DNA from: Cetorhinus maximus
Lineage: Eukaryota
NCBI RefSeq assembly: GCF_964194155.1
Contig: NC_135890.1
Coordinates: 17,918,001 to 17,982,000 of the forward strand
Direction of reading: 5' to 3'
DNA length: 64,000 bases
Of the stretch, positions 43,514 to 58,700 are shown in pieces. The notes beneath the pieces were generated by a model. The model saw only the letters and a program-made list of their open reading frames with translations, searched no databases and was not told where the DNA came from. Positions within the stretch are counted from its first letter, which is position 1, and every line of letters starts with the position of its first letter. Made by a program: the position numbers and the translations under genes.

Positions 43514-43770
43514 TTAAGCTAGAGGCTGAAGAAGATCCTCCCAGCGGATGGGATGGGCAAAAACCTCTCTCTCCAACCAGAGCTCATAGCTGTAGCGAAA
43601 ATCCTCAGGCAGCGAGACATGATGGCCCAGGACGCTCTGGAGGCAGTTGTCCACCGGGGCAAACTCCAGGTCACTGTGGTGCAGACCATAGCGTCGGCTG
43701 TTGAACATCTCAATATTGACTCTCAGGCCGCACTCCTCTGCCTGGAAGTCCCAGGGTCGAGCATCAATAT
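43514..43770 (-). CDS. STRIP2: STRIP2 terminal coding exon
   Basis: DIDARPWDFQAEECGLRVNIEMFNSRRY...PVDNCLQSVLG...YSYELWLEREVFAHPIRWEDLLQPLA*. Confidence 0.95.
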
Positions 43771-46700
43771 CTGTAGGAAGACAGACGTCAGAACTTATTG
43801 CGGTTGGAAACTAATCGATATCCCAGATTTACGAGGGTGGTGCCAGAACCGAGTGGTTAACACTATTTGGGAAAGGCTGAACTCGCTTTCTAAACTGACA
43901 GTCCGAGTAAAGGAGTGCTGCACTGTTGGAGGTGCCATTAAACCGAGATCCCCTCTGTGCTCTCAGATCAACATGAAAGACCCCACAATCACACTGGAAG
44001 AACAGCACGGGAGGTCTCCCTCAGTGTCCTGACCAATATTTATCCCTCAACCAGGATCACTAAAATAGATAATCTGGGCTGTTTGTGGGATCTTACTGTG
44101 TGCAAACTGACTGCTGAACATCTTCTAAATTACAAAAGTGGGTGCCCAACTGGAACCTCAAAGTCCTGCGCTACTGCTGGTCCAGTATACAGTGTGCATT
44201 GCTGACCCAGGCTAACTAACCACACATGGGTCTGATTTTCTTTGCCATACCGTTTCCGTACGCCCAGTCATCGTTGAGGCGGTGTCGCACTTTGTGGTAG
44301 ATGGCAGACATGATCTTCATGTTACTCTTCCTCCACTGGCGCCCCAGGTACTTGGTTTGGAATTTCAGCAGTTTCAGTGCGTAGAGCTGCAGCATTGCCT
44401 GCTTTGCCCTCAGCACCCGCTTTAAAATTGGGGCCGACTTGAAAACCACAAGCATCTAAAAATAAACCAGAAGATGCAGGTGGTCAACGAACAAATCGAT
44501 GAACATTTTCGACTCCAAAAAAAAATCAACGGGGTCATCGTCATTCATAACCATGGGCTTTCAAAGGGACGTTTTTGTGTCTTGTAGGAAGGTGATTTCT
44601 TGTCACCTGTGCTTCTCTCCACCAGGTTTAAGGGGCCACAGCCAATATGTAGGTGACGGCGAGAATGAGATTAAACAGCGAGCGCACAACTGGCCAGTGC
44701 TGAGTAGGCGATAGACTGAAGGTAGCATGACTGATTCATTTTCCACGAAACGTGTATCTACAAATTGGACAATGCAGTGGTAAAGGCCAGTCAGTCTCTC
44801 TGACTCAGCACTGTTCTATGGTAATGGGGAGAGAGTGAGGGGTGGGGCACAGCACATGCCTGAAAAGCACCATTTTAGCTCGAGTTTCACTGTAGATGTG
44901 CTGTCAGTTAATGGGATCCTTGCTGACGCTTGTGGGGTAACCAAGGAACCCACAAAACAGATCAACCTTTATTCTCACCATGATGCGGGAGTGTTTCCAT
45001 TTGGTGAGCTTGTTTAGGATACGCAGCAGGTTGATGCACGAGAAGAGATTCCTCCAGCAGAACTGGTTGTGGTCACCAGCTTCCTAGAGGCAGAACAAAC
45101 AACAACTTGTCTTTACATAGCCCCTTTAATATATTAAAACATCCCAGTGCACTTCAAACACAAATTGACGCAGAGATGGAGATGATGATACTGGGGCAGG
45201 TGACTAAACGCTAGGTAGGTCTTAAGGAAAGTGATAAAATAGGACAGAGATAGAGAGTTTTCAGGGGGGAATTCCAGAGCTTAGGACCTAAAGAGCTGAA
45301 CACAATGGAAGTGGGTGATGTTTGAGAGGCTAGAGTTGGAGGAATGCAGGGATCTTGGAGAGTTGTAGGGCTGGAGGAGGTTTCAGAGATGGGAGAGAGG
45401 TGAGGTTATGGACTGATTTGATCAGGAGGATGAGAATTTTAAATTCAAGGCATTGCTGTACTGGGAGCCAATGTAGGTCGATGTGTCCAGGGCTGGTGGG
45501 TGAACAGGAATGTGTGTGTTGAATATGGGTAGATCACAACGCCACATCCCCTCACGCACTGTTGCACAGATTGAACATTCAGTGAAGCTTCCCTTATCCT
45601 GACCCAAGCATGCAACTCAATCCCATCCAGGATGACACTTCCTGAACATCAATGACCTTCTGGCCTCTCTGGTAAATGCACCATTTACTATTGAATTTCA
45701 GTCAACGTTAAGTTTTGGATTCATACCCACTAGGAACTGACTCAAGTTCGTTTGTTTCAAATTCACTTAGCGCCTTCCCTCATACTGAGGGAAGAGACAG
45801 TGACCCTGAGAGCATGGGTTGAATTGTAATGCTGACCCCAGAGGATAGACTAGTCCAATTCCTACTAAGTGCGTTGCTGGTTAGTCCCCGGCTGCTCTCT
45901 TCTACATCTGCAAGATGCATGTGCCACAAACAAACGAGATAAACCAGCTCCAGGTCTGTTTCTGCTGAGGCTCGTACAAAGGGGAGTGTAAGCCAAGGAG
46001 TTGGGAGAACTCTCTGCTTTCTCCAAATTGCATCTCCCAGATGAGGCAAACTACTTAATGGCTGAACTAAAGCTATTGCCTGTAACAGGGCAGCTTTCCT
46101 TCAGCGCTGCACTGAGCGGAATGGGACTTGAACACATGACTTGCTATAAAGATAAAAATGTGGGCCAAATTAGTGTGGCGCAATGATTAATGCTGGAACC
46201 ATGTGGGCTGATTAATTCTGCTGTGCCTCCAAACCTGAAGATGGCAATTGATGCTGGGCTCTACCCGCCTCTGTCTATAATACTGGCAGCTCTCTGGCTG
46301 TCACAGAAGGCATCCTATCCTCACTCAATATGTACATATACCTGCCCTCCCCAGCAGGAATCAGGGAGTGGCTGAGTTCTGCCTTCCCTGCTCAGGAGTG
46401 GGAAGCTAATCATCAGGGCTCCACCATCTCAGCTCAACTGCAGCCAAACCTGGGTTTGTTACTCAGTATGACCCAGTATCACAGGACAGATTCTGATTTC
46501 AATGTCTTCTGTACTTACCAGAACCTCTGTGGTGAGTTCTGGCAATTCGTGGATTACAGAATGAGGGTAGTCTAGGACGCAGATACTGTGCACACAAAGA
46601 AACAGAACAATTAAGGCAAAGTCCTTGGCGTAAGCTGCTCAAACTTTCAAGAAATGACTTCAGTGATCTAACACAACATTCACACCTGGTACTCACTGCA

Positions 46701-49700
46701 TGAATCCTGGGTTAAATCATTGCTGAGGAACAGGCAGACACACAGCAGAATGTGCGGCTGGACCTGGCAATACCGTACCTGCTCTTGTAATACAGCCGTC
46801 TGCAGAACTTGTTCTGTGATTGGGTTCCCCTACTCCCATCCTCAGATATCCCAGTTATGTACAGGATCAATACTTAACAATGTACTTAACAATCCTGCTC
46901 TTCCTTCAAATAACATCTAGAATCATGCAGCACACAGGAGGCCATTTAGCCCATTGTGTCTGTGCTGGCTCTCTGAATGACATCTAATTAGTGCCACTCC
47001 CCATCTCTTTCCCATATTCCGGAAAATATTTCTTCTTTTTTTAAAGTGCAGGTCCAATTTCCCTTCGAAAATTGCTATTGAATTTGCTTCCACCACCCCA
47101 GCAGCGAGTGCATTCCAGATCAAAACAACAGCAAAGAAAACGCTCATCTTCCCTAGCTTTTTTTTTGCCAATTATTTTAAATCTTTGGCCCTTCTTCAAG
47201 TGGAAATAATTTCTTCCTATTTACAAAAACACCTCCTAATTTTAAACAGCTCCTGATTCGCCCCTTAATCTTTTCTGCCCCTAGGAGAACAATCCAAGCT
47301 TCTCTAGTCTCTCCACCTTACTGAAGTCCCTCATCCCTGGTACAATTCTAATAAATGTCATCTGCGCCTTCTCCAAGGCCTTGACATCCTGCATAAAGTT
47401 TGGTGCCCAGAATTGGACACAATGCTGCAGCTGAAGCCTAACCAGCCATTTATAAGGGTTCAGTATAACCTCCTTCCTTTTGTATTCTACGCTTCTGTTT
47501 ATAAAGTGAAGAATTCCATACGCTTCGTTTTACACAAAAAAGCGTTAGCTTTGAACAGTTTAAAAATCCTGTCGCAATCAGAGAGTCTTTGATTGTTACA
47601 GATCAGGGAGGTCCCAGGTTTAATCAGAGGCACCTAAACTCAATGAGGGTATTACAATGGGCTGTGCTGTCCTAATTCGGAGGAAGAAAACTCGGTCACC
47701 ATTGCAGTCCCTTATCCCTATTCTGTGAGAGGTAGCCCTGCTAGAAAACAAGAGGAGCAGAGGACAGGTTTGAACTCAGTTGCGATAACTCCTGAAGGCT
47801 GCAATTAACTCTGCCCAGGCTCGATGGTGATATGGGGAGGCCATGGAGAAAGATTGGCACCTTTGGAATGGAAGGCTAACCTGAGGAGGAGAAGTTAGGG
47901 GAAAAAAAAAAAGAGTTTTAATTCCCCCCATCCCCTCCACTAATGAGCATTCAGGCCAGATGGAGTTGGCTTTCTCAGCACAGATTTCCCCCCCCCTCTG
48001 AAGGTGCTAACATTCCTTCCATAGGCACCTGCTGCTCCCTGGTACCTTACCAAAGGTACCCCCATTCCTCAGAGAAAAGACTGACCAATGAGTGCCTGCA
48101 AGCCATTCGATCATGGGAGGCATCACAGGTGAGCCTGCCTGACCTCTCACAATGCCCACACATGGGCTTTACAGCGGGGGTTCTTGGATAGTAACCCAGA
48201 GAATAACCCAGAGAATAACCCAGAGGGGCACCATTAGTTTAAGATGGGCTGCTCACTGGCTGGGTTTGATTTCAGAGTTCACCCTTCTCACCTGTTCTTG
48301 GCGGTGACGTAGGACATGATGCTCTGATTGAAGAACTTCAGAATCAGTGGGATGCAGTTAGCAAATACCAAGTGCTGGGAAACATATTCAAACTAGGAGG
48401 GAAGGCAAAGAGGGGAGTAAGAAGAGATCATCTCCTATTCAAACTTTAAAATCACATTCCCAGACCACGGGACCCTACTCTACTTTTGCCAGGTTTTCCT
48501 GCTCCTTCCCCCTCTGCTATTCTGCAGTAACCATTTATACCTCTTGCGTGTACGTCTTTTCTTCTTGTCTTTTTGCCTTGCCCCCATCATCCCTATTGTT
48601 GTTTAATCACTCTGCCTCCCACCCTGTGACAGAGCTTCCCAATTGTTTGTTCCTTTCACCCCCTCCACCCCCTTCACAGGCTCTGATCTGGCTTAAACAA
48701 AACTCTTAATTCTCTAACGCCTTCTAGTTCAGATGAAAGGCCATCAACTCCAAGTGTTAAGTCAGTTTCTCTTTCCACAGATGCTGCCTGACTTCTGGAA
48801 TGTTTTCCAGCATTTTCTGTTTTGACTTAAAGTTTTGAAGACCAATGAATAGGACTGATAACTAATTGTTCACAAGGGGAATAGCAGAAGAAAAGCCTGT
48901 GAGCTTTTAGAAAGGGAGCGGGAGGGGGAAGTCACACAAGGTGCGGGGAAAAAAAAAATCACCAGCCGACATGGCTGCCGTACATTTGTGCAGCTCCTGG
49001 ACAGGATGTCACTTTAAAGACGCGTGGTGCCTCTTTGAGGAATACATGACGCCCCAAGAAGTGAATTGGTGGCATGTTTGGGAAATTTGCAGATGACACA
49101 AAAATTGGTCGTGTAGTTGATAGTGAAAAGAATAGCTGTTGTATCCAGAATGATATCAATGGTTTGGTTGGGTGGGCGGAAAAGCGGCAGATGGAATTCA
49201 ATCCAGAGAAGTATGAAGTAATGCAAACACAGTTAGGGGATATACAATAAATGGGAGGATACTGGGAGGGGTAGAGGAAGTGAGAGACCTTGGTGTGCAT
49301 GTCCACTGATCCCCGAAGGTGACAGGACAGCTGGATAAGGTGGCAAAGAAAGCATATGGAATGCTTTCCTTTATTGGATGAGGTATAGGTTACAAAAGCA
49401 GGGCACGTAATGATGGAACTGTATAAAATGCTGGTTAGACTGGAATTTTGTGTACAGTTCTGGTTGCCACATTACAAGGAGGACATAATTGCTCTGGCGA
49501 GAGTATGGAAGAGATTTACAAGAATGTTGCCAGGTCTCGAAAACTGCAGCTATGAGGAAAAATTGGATAGGCTGGGGTTGTTTTCCTTGGAACTGAGGCT
49601 GAGGGGTGACCTGATTGAGGTGTACAGGATTATGAAGGGCCTAGATAGACAGAGATGCTCTGTTTCCCCTAGTGGAGCGGTCAGTTACCAGGGGGCACAG

Positions 49701-52700
49701 ATTTGAGATGGTTGATGCAAGGATTAGAGGAGACATGGGGAAAAGCTTCTTCACCCAGAGGGTGGTGGGTGTTTGGAATTCACTGCCTGGTTTTGTGGTG
49801 AAGGCAGAAACCCCCAACTCATTTAAAAGGCATCTGAATCTGCACCTAAAGTGCTGTAACCTACAGAGCTGCAGACCAGGTGCTGGAAGGTGGGATTAAA
49901 ACGGGCAGCCAGTTTTCTTTTTCTTTTTCAGCCGGCACAGACATGATGGGCTGAATGGCCTCTTTCTGTGCTGTAACTTTTCTATGGTTCTATTGAATTT
50001 AGAACACCCCATCAGAATACCTGTGGCTAGATGAGGAGGATGTGGGAAAGCACAGGGGGGGGGTTGAGGGGGGAGGCATGGGGGGAGGGTCAAGAACCAA
50101 TTGCGGACCCTGTGAATCAACCACCTGTCCTCACCATTAAAAGTACGGATCAGCACAACCTGCATTGGAACGTCATAGGGGAATGAATAAATGGGAGGTG
50201 TGGGCTAGCCCGCTGTGTGACTGTGGAGGGACTATCCAAACCGCACTGCATCTCAAACATCAGTGCTCATCCACAAGAACACAAGGATTAGGTGCAGGAA
50301 TAGGCCATTCAGCCCCTCGAGCCTGCTCTGCCATTTGATAGGATCATAAGATTCCTGTCTATCCCCATAGCCTTTGACTCCCTTGTCAATCAAGGATCAA
50401 TAAGAATCCTTCCCTAGATGAATAACTTCTACTGACTCTGTAACACCAGAGAACAGAAAGGGGATAACCAGCTTCACATTTAATATTGGTTTTCAGGCTG
50501 ACATTGAAGCAAGTGAGTCACAGTCTGGAATCTAATCCAGGGGTCTGGGTGGTTTGTAGATAGAATAGTGGATATGCAAGAGTGAGTTAGAGGCTGAAAC
50601 ATAATCCAGGATTTAGATATAGAACTGTCATTCAGAATGAGTCACAGTTAATGGGACTCATACATTTTACCCCACTGCCTGATGTCTTATAGCCATTCTG
50701 TTCTGTGTTTGGAATAAGATTGATACTTGTGAATTCTCCACTGTATGACTAACCAGCAACAGGTCAGACACATGTGGAAGTATGTTATAACTGTTTATCC
50801 TCCCTCTCATCCCTTATTATTTCCATTACTTTGTTGGGCATTTCCCCCTAGCTGAGCCCGTTTTGTATTCCATCCAGACTCGGTACCTTAGCTGCCAAGA
50901 TTGCAAAGAGCCGTAAGTTCACAGACTCCGTCCAGTGCTCCCTGGTTGACCGCTAGGAGGCACAATGCATCCAATCTGACTTCTCCAATTGGCAGCCAGA
51001 GGATGATTGTCACTTAATACAGCTCAAGGTGAGAAATCGCACTGAGTTCGGGAAACGAAACCCACGCCCTACACTGCACCCACCCACCCACACTCCCCCC
51101 AACTCGGTCAGTGCCTCTAGTGTTGTTTACCTGGTAGACATGGTTGAGTTTGAGATGCTTGAGTAACAGGAGCATCAGTGCCGAGATAGCTTTAACAATG
51201 ATCTCCTTGTGCCTGTTGACGTCAATCCCCAACTTCATGCTTTGTAGCACAGTATTGCTGCATAAAGTGTAACAAAGAGGAGAATCTATCCCACTGAAAT
51301 ATTAAATACTCTATTATTATTGCTTCCTCTGTGAACTACTGTGAACTAACTTAAAGAGATGCTGATAGTTCAGTTCGTAATAGGGTCAGCCAGTTGGCAC
51401 CAGGATAGTCGTGAAATAACCTGGATATAATAGTGGAAAAAAACCCCAGTGTGGCACTGGGATATGGAAATTAATTAACCCCCAGTGTGGCACTGGAATA
51501 TGGTCATGAAATAACTCCCAGTGTGGCACTGGGATATGGTCATGAAATAACCCCCAGTGTGGACTAGGATATACTCAGGACAATCCCAAGTTTGATTCCA
51601 ATTTGCATTTGCCCAGGTCTGGGACAGCTGTTGTGTTCTGGGCTGGGGCTAGGGTTGGCGAGAGGGGGAAATAATATCAGACAAAGTCCTTCCTCTCCTC
51701 TCACTCCAGGTTCAGCAGTTTTGTTTAGGCCCAGGCATGAAGACTAATCACGGGCCCAATGGTCACATCTCTCCAGCTTCACAAGTAACGAATGCAACTA
51801 AAGTGCACCGAGTGCTGTGATGTTGGATAATGGAATTTGGCCTGACATGGATGAGCGGCTCCTGAAGAGGTGGGGAAACACCACAGGAAAACCAGAGCCC
51901 TTGTGCAACAAGTAGCGGGAGGATAATGGGCATATTGAAAATCAAACAGACCTTGTTATTTTAGGGGAAACGTTCCAAATCAGGACACAAACAAATGCGG
52001 AAAGGAGTCACTGAAAACATTATCTGAACAAAACTCACGGCATCTCCTCAGGCAGGAGATCAGCCAAGATATTGATGGAGTCAGTCTTTGCCTTGGATGT
52101 GGGGGCAGCAGCCAGCTGGATCTTCAGCAGTGCTATCTGTAGAATCATAACACCCCACCACCCCATCAAAAACCGTTAGTTAAGAAGGAAAGAAAGTGCA
52201 TTTTAGCACACCTTTGACAAATCACTGTACAGCCAAGGAAGTACTTTTGAAGTGCAGTCACTGTTAGGACATGCAGCAGCCAGTTTGCGCACAGCAAGCT
52301 CCCACAGACAGCAATGTGATAATGACCAGATAATTTGTTTTTAGTGATGCCGGTTGCAGGATGAATATTAGCCAGGGCATTGGGAAGAAATCCCCTGCTC
52401 TTTTATGAAAAGGCACCAGGCAATATATTTACGTTCTCCTGACTTCAAAGTCTCATCCTAAAGATGGCAGTGCAGCACACCCTCGGTACTGGAGTGTTAG
52501 CCTAGATTTTTGGGCTCAAGTTTCTGGAGTAAGGTTTCAACCCACAACCTTCAGACTTGAAGGTGAAAATGCTACTAACCAATTTATGGCTGACATCCAA
52601 GTAAGTATAAAACCCATTGTGGAAAGGAATTGGACACTGTGCTAAACTGGTATTCAGAATAATATGAGGATTTTCAAGCAGAGCTCACGCCAAGGGGAAC

Positions 52701-55700
52701 AAGTTAAAGAGTTGGAGACGGAATTGGGCGGAAGTAGGGGAACAAATAATAAGAGTTAATACTTTGCAACATCTGCAAGGGGTCAGCTGGTAAGGCCAAT
52801 GTAAGACACATTAAAGAGCATAGGTTCAAATCCCAGTCCGGCCTCAGGACTGTTCCTGTAGAGAGGTGAAAGAACTCAGGAGATTCCAGCTCCTGATCCA
52901 GTGACCTCTTTCCAGTGGAAAGGAAAAGCATGGAGGGAAATGGAAAACCAAGAAACACAGCAGGTTTTAAGGGGCAGCACAGTAAAGGACGATCCCTGGT
53001 TTGACCCCCAGTCTGAATGGGTCTCAGTCATAATGGCGCCTCTGATTTATGCACCAGAAGGGGGCCTGGGGATGGGAGGGTGTGCTGGCCCCTGTGAATC
53101 TGACCCCCTCAATCAATGAACTGGTCCTGGAGGGGTGGCAGGGGCTTAGGAAATTGGGGATAAAAGCAGAAGAATGGTACTGATCGGGACAAAGGTACTG
53201 TTGAGGACATGGGCTGTGTGTAGCCGATACTCACCATATACTGAGGTAGGTTGTATAACATTGCCTGATACAGGATCTCAACTGGGGTCTGTTCTACCTC
53301 CTCAGCTCCCTGTGTTCAAGGAAAAGGCAGAATTGTAATCATTTTGTTTAATGTTACTCAGTTCAGTCTGTTTTTAGACTGCACAGCAGTCGTTGAGTTG
53401 GGTGAGAATATTCCCCTCCAGTTGCTAAGAGTGCAGTAAGTTACCATGAGTTGAATCTACTTTATACCCTACTTTATACTCGCAGCAAAGATGGGGGGGT
53501 GTGGTAGAATATACCCTTCAGAAGCTTTTAGCTGATTAAAGCCTTTCCTTCCACGTGGTCGGCTTCTGCTTTTGGTGTATCAGCCTCACAGGCTAATACC
53601 CATATTCCGCCAACACTTATGCGAGTAGTGCTCACTAAACCAGGCCTGACCTGCTGTGTTGGCAACCCTGATAATGAAAAGCTTACAAATGGAAATAAAT
53701 TCGAGATGGGTCTTGAAGGTTTCAAGTAACGGGGTTGTGATTTTGGCAGCTTGTTCCATTGTGGAATTGTCCTTGGGGAGAAAGATTGTTGATACACTGT
53801 CTTGGAAACAAATGGTCTTTGTAGTTTGTGTTGGATGGCTACCTGGTGTTTTGTCATTGCCGGAGGACACTAGGCTGTGCATCTTGGACTTACTGAGGAA
53901 GTTCCGCAAAACTTTTGACTCTTTCCTTCAAGAGGTAACTCAGCTAATCAGAATGTCTACTTAATCTCTCAATACTGGCTACCTCACTCTGCATATTTCC
54001 AAGCAACATTAAATGTATATTAGGGACAAAAATGTAAAATAGGTGCTTACGCAAGGTACTCTAACAATGGGGACGTTTAGAATCACCCACTGTGGAAGGT
54101 AACGAAATCAGGCAATGGAGGGCTGGGGAAGGAATCCATCGGCAAGTCAAAGCTTTCGAGTGATACTCACACGAGGCAAGTAAGTGGACTTGAAGGTCAT
54201 CTCCATGCCCTGCTCTTAAGCCCCATTGAATAGAATGCATATAGAAGGGGTGTGATTACCTAAGAGCCCTCCGTTGTTCCTCATGTACTCCACGTACCAC
54301 TGGATGGGTACACACTGCACAATCCTTACCAGTGACACTGGGGATTTCTGCAACTCTTCCTCCATCTTGGCCTGTACTTCTGCGATGGATACGTACTTGT
54401 GCTAATGGAGGAAAAACACAAAACCAACTCCAGTTTTTTTAAACAAAATACTTTTCTTCAGCCAACGGATGCCCTGGCATAATTACTTAATCACATCAAG
54501 CTTCTCGATGGCCCATTAAAATGACCCATGTTGAGCCAAGGCAGTCAATCGCAGCAGACTATTGTACCATGGAGGGCATCACAACACAGCCCACTCCTGG
54601 CCTCTCCTTCCCAATAGTGCAGCTGACAGAATGGCAGCATCATCAGACTCAATAAAATGCTGCAGCGCAAGATCGTAAATCCAGCCACAAGCCCGTTCAA
54701 GTTAGACTTACATAGATTCTGCACAACATGGACAGGCCATTTGGCTCAATTAGACTATGCTGGTGTTTATACTCCATACATGTCTCCTCCCATTCCCATC
54801 TCAGCCTTCCAGCTTATCTTTTTATTCCCTTTTCTCTCATGTTACGTCTAGTTTCCTTCTGAAGGCATCTAAGCGGTTTGCCACAACCACTTCCTGTGGT
54901 AGCGAGTTCCATATTCTAACCATCCCGAGTAAAAGAAATTTCTTACTTTCCCATTGCATTTATCGGTAAATATCACGTATTTATGGTCCCTAGTTGCAAG
55001 GTTAGTAGCAGTTATTAGTTATTAGTAGCCTTAGAAGGACTTAGACCCCACCCCATTCCCTGGCTATTGCCTAATGTTGAATCAACCTTGATATCCCATT
55101 TGACTCTGTGCTGAGCTTCTGATCTTATATTGTCTCCATCTCCATGACCACCTGCTTCCACCTCTGTAAAATTGCTCGTCTCTTCCCCAATCTCAGCTCA
55201 TCAGCTGCTGAAAACTTCATCCATTCCTTTGTTGCCTTGAGACCTGACTACCCTAATGTTCCCTGGGTCAAATTCTCATCCTTCATAAACTTTAGCCCAT
55301 CCAAGGCTCTGCTGCCCATAACCTAACTTGCACAGAGTCCCATTCAGCTGTTGCTTCGCTGCAGACTGATCTATTTGGGCTCCCAGTCGCAAATCAAAAT
55401 GACCCTCTAACCGGTGCTCTGCTAACTGACACATCAAACTAAATGGAAAATGCCATTTGTAAACGCAGTCACTTTGAAACATTTATTAACCCAGGTTGGC
55501 CTCTCAGCTTTGCAGAGTCCCAGTGGCATCAAATAGTCAAAGTGGCCTTTCTTGCAGGTAAAGGTGTGAAACATGATGAGGTGGACAAGCCACAAGCATC
55601 AACTCACCGAGGTTCCTTCAACAGCATCTTCTGAACCTGCAACCTCTACCACCTAGAAGGACAGGGACAGTAGAGGCTGGGGAACACCACCACCACCTGC

Positions 55701-58700
55701 AGGTTCCCCTCCAAGACTCACACCGTCCTGACCTGGACATACACCACTATTCCTTCGCTATCATCGAGTCAAAAAATCCATGAACTCCCTCTCTACGCAC
55801 TGTGGGAGTACCTACACCATATGGACTGTCCACGGTTCAAGGTGGCGGCTCATCACCACCTTTGAGGGCAATGAGGGATGGGGAACAAATGTTGTTCATG
55901 TCAGTGTCACCCACATCCTTTGAATGAATTTTTTTTTTTAAAAGTCAATCAAGGCTGGAAGATCGTTGCCAACAATTGCTAGAATACTGGGAATTCATTC
56001 CAAAAGTAAGGAGAAATTCCATGGTGAATCTGGTGTCCATAGAGTTCCGGGGCATCCTGCCCTCCTATGTTTGTACGACATAAAGTGATTCCACAGGATC
56101 AGTACAGCTGCTGTGAGTCTTCATCTGACAGCAATTATATAAATATATATAGCACCATTCACTCACTCAGGACTTCCCAAAATATTTTCCAGCCATTTAA
56201 TTACTTTTTGAAGTTTAGTCGCACATTATATAGGCAAACATGGCAGCCAAACTTGCACCCGGGAACCTCTCAAATTGGAAATGAATGGTTAAAGTTCTTC
56301 ATAACTTAGTTCTATGTCTAAGAGGCCCCAGGAGACTGGTTTAGTCTTCCTAAGAGAGTGGATTTACTGTCAGAACCTTTGCTTATCCTGAAGAATTTCC
56401 TTTAATTTCTAAAAAGAAACAAAGGCGGCCTCATTATTGAGCTATCTGTATTTATCTTTGCAGTGAAAGATGGAGGGAAGGGGTTATTAATCCCAAACAA
56501 TCTTACTGTGGAGCTGAAAGATGAGAGAGAGAGAGCCAGAAAGGGAGAGAAAAAGAGAGAGCGAGAGAGAGATCTGCAGATCTCTGTAACAGCACTGCAG
56601 ATTGTGCTCAATGAGGAATCTTCTGAAGCTCCCTGCCTGTAAACCTAAAAATAGGACAGCTGGAATGTGGAAACCTGTCCTAGACAAAACACAGGCCGAG
56701 GGAAGCATCTGATCAGCACTAGACTTAGTGAGAGAGAGAGAGAGCTCAGTGTGGACTTAGGTGATTAAAAAAAACAAAAAGTTTAAAAAAGTGTTTGATT
56801 TCCCTTGAACTCAAAATAAATCACCAAAATATCACAAAGGCAAGTAGTACTGGTTCATTCTTTCAGAGGAAACTAATCTCACCAACGCAGCATGTAATTG
56901 CCTGGGAATGAATCCAGAGTTTTTATTCCCTCACTATCATGCCCGGGAGACTATATCTTACTGATGGATTCCCCGCATTTTGCCACGGTGTCTTCCTCGT
57001 TTTCTGGTCACCATTTTTTGAACATGAGAAGCACACTGGTTTGCTCTCAGCTCAGAGGCCGGGATTTTCCAGCCCCGTCGCTGGTGGGACCCACCGTGGG
57101 CGAGGCGGGTGTCCATTGACTTGCGACGGGCCCAGAAGATTGCGGCGGTGGGGGGCGGGTGGGGGGGGGGGGTGGTGGGTGCGGAAAATCCCGCCCGGAA
57201 TTTTTCCCTGCATTCAGTAAATCATTCATGGTGAGTGTCAGCACTTTAGAGATTTCACCCTGAGGTACATACACCACCCCCTCACCCTTCGTGCTCCCAA
57301 TTGCAATGGCCGGGTTTCAGTCTCTATAGGAACTCCAGGCACATAAGAAATAGGAGCTGGAGTAGGCCATTCAGCCCTATTAGCCTGCCAGCTGCTAGCC
57401 ATATGATCATGGCTAATCTCCTACCTCAACTCACCTACTATCCCAATTATCCTTTAACATGCAAAAATCTATAGCACTTGTCTGGAATATACTGAATGAC
57501 ATGACATGATGTCAGTGGTAGTAAGTTTAGTCCGATGATGAGTGGGGTTTGTTCCTGGCGTCTTCTCGAGCAAGTACCTACAGCAAACAATCGTTTACTC
57601 AGCTTTTAATTTTCTTAATAGGACTTTCCTCTTGCTTGTTTGCTGCGTATGTACTTTTTTAAACAAGAAAACAGAATTTTCCCTTTTTGTTTCGCTAAAA
57701 TATTTGCTTGTGCACTCTTTTTTTTTGAAGAAATAAAAACTGTGTGTGATTCAGGCGGATTGTACTCAGTATTTACTCTCCTACCTGTTTCAGGGTTTTC
57801 ACACTGTTGTGGATGGGTCTGGGCAACCCCACCAGGGTTTCTGTGTCACTAGAAACAGAGAGCACAAGAATATTTTAAATAGTTGTTAGGTAGGACAGAA
57901 CTTGAGTATTGCTGAAAAAAGAAAAGTTGCACAGCATGTTTTTTTTAAGCAATATTTTATATCAATGAGTGGGTGACACAGATTGGAGTTTACTGCCTTC
58001 ACTATAAATACTAAGAATATTTGAAAGCGAATTACACACTGAGCAGAGTTGGGAACAGGCACAGGGAAGAATCACAATCAGAAAATTTATTACAGCAACA
58101 GGCCAATTGGCCTATCGCACACTTGCTAGCTCTTTAACTGGAGCACTCTAATCTCACAACCCTGCCTTTTCTCTCTACCCATCAATCTTCTTTCTCTTTC
58201 AATAAAATCCAATTTTAGCTGCTTTAATATCTGCAGAAAGACTTTCTGCTAATTTCCCATTCATTCTTTTCCTGTTAATCGATTTCTAAACCAGGCGTAA
58301 ACAAATCTAAACTGTCTATCTTTTCAAAGTTAAGAAAAACTCTGTTTGAACCATTTTAACTTTCTCCATTCCAGTTAAAATAACCGCACTCGATTTCTCA
58401 AGCCTTTCTTCATAACTATGATCTCTCATTCCTGGTGTCATTCTAAAAGAATCTTCCCTATTCCCTTTCTATGGTTCTAATATCTCCCTATCATGGAGCC
58501 TCCTGAACCTCTGTCTTGCACAAGTTCCACTTCACTTGCTTTTGTGCTCTTTATATAAAACACAGAGACCCAGTTGCTATTTTAATAGTCTTCTCTATGT
58601 ATCTGCAGTCACTGATCTCTGCATTCTCTACCCATTTTAGAATCTTATCAGTTATGGTATACTGCTGTTCTCCCAGTCTGACAATCTCCCTAATTTGTTG

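Noticed and set aside
43553-44032. 159-aa plus-strand ORF
   Set aside because: Antisense shadow of the last STRIP2 exon running into a SINE
51443-51572. CRISPR-like palindromic array
   Set aside because: The linkers are copies of each other, there are no cas genes, and it lies in a vertebrate intron
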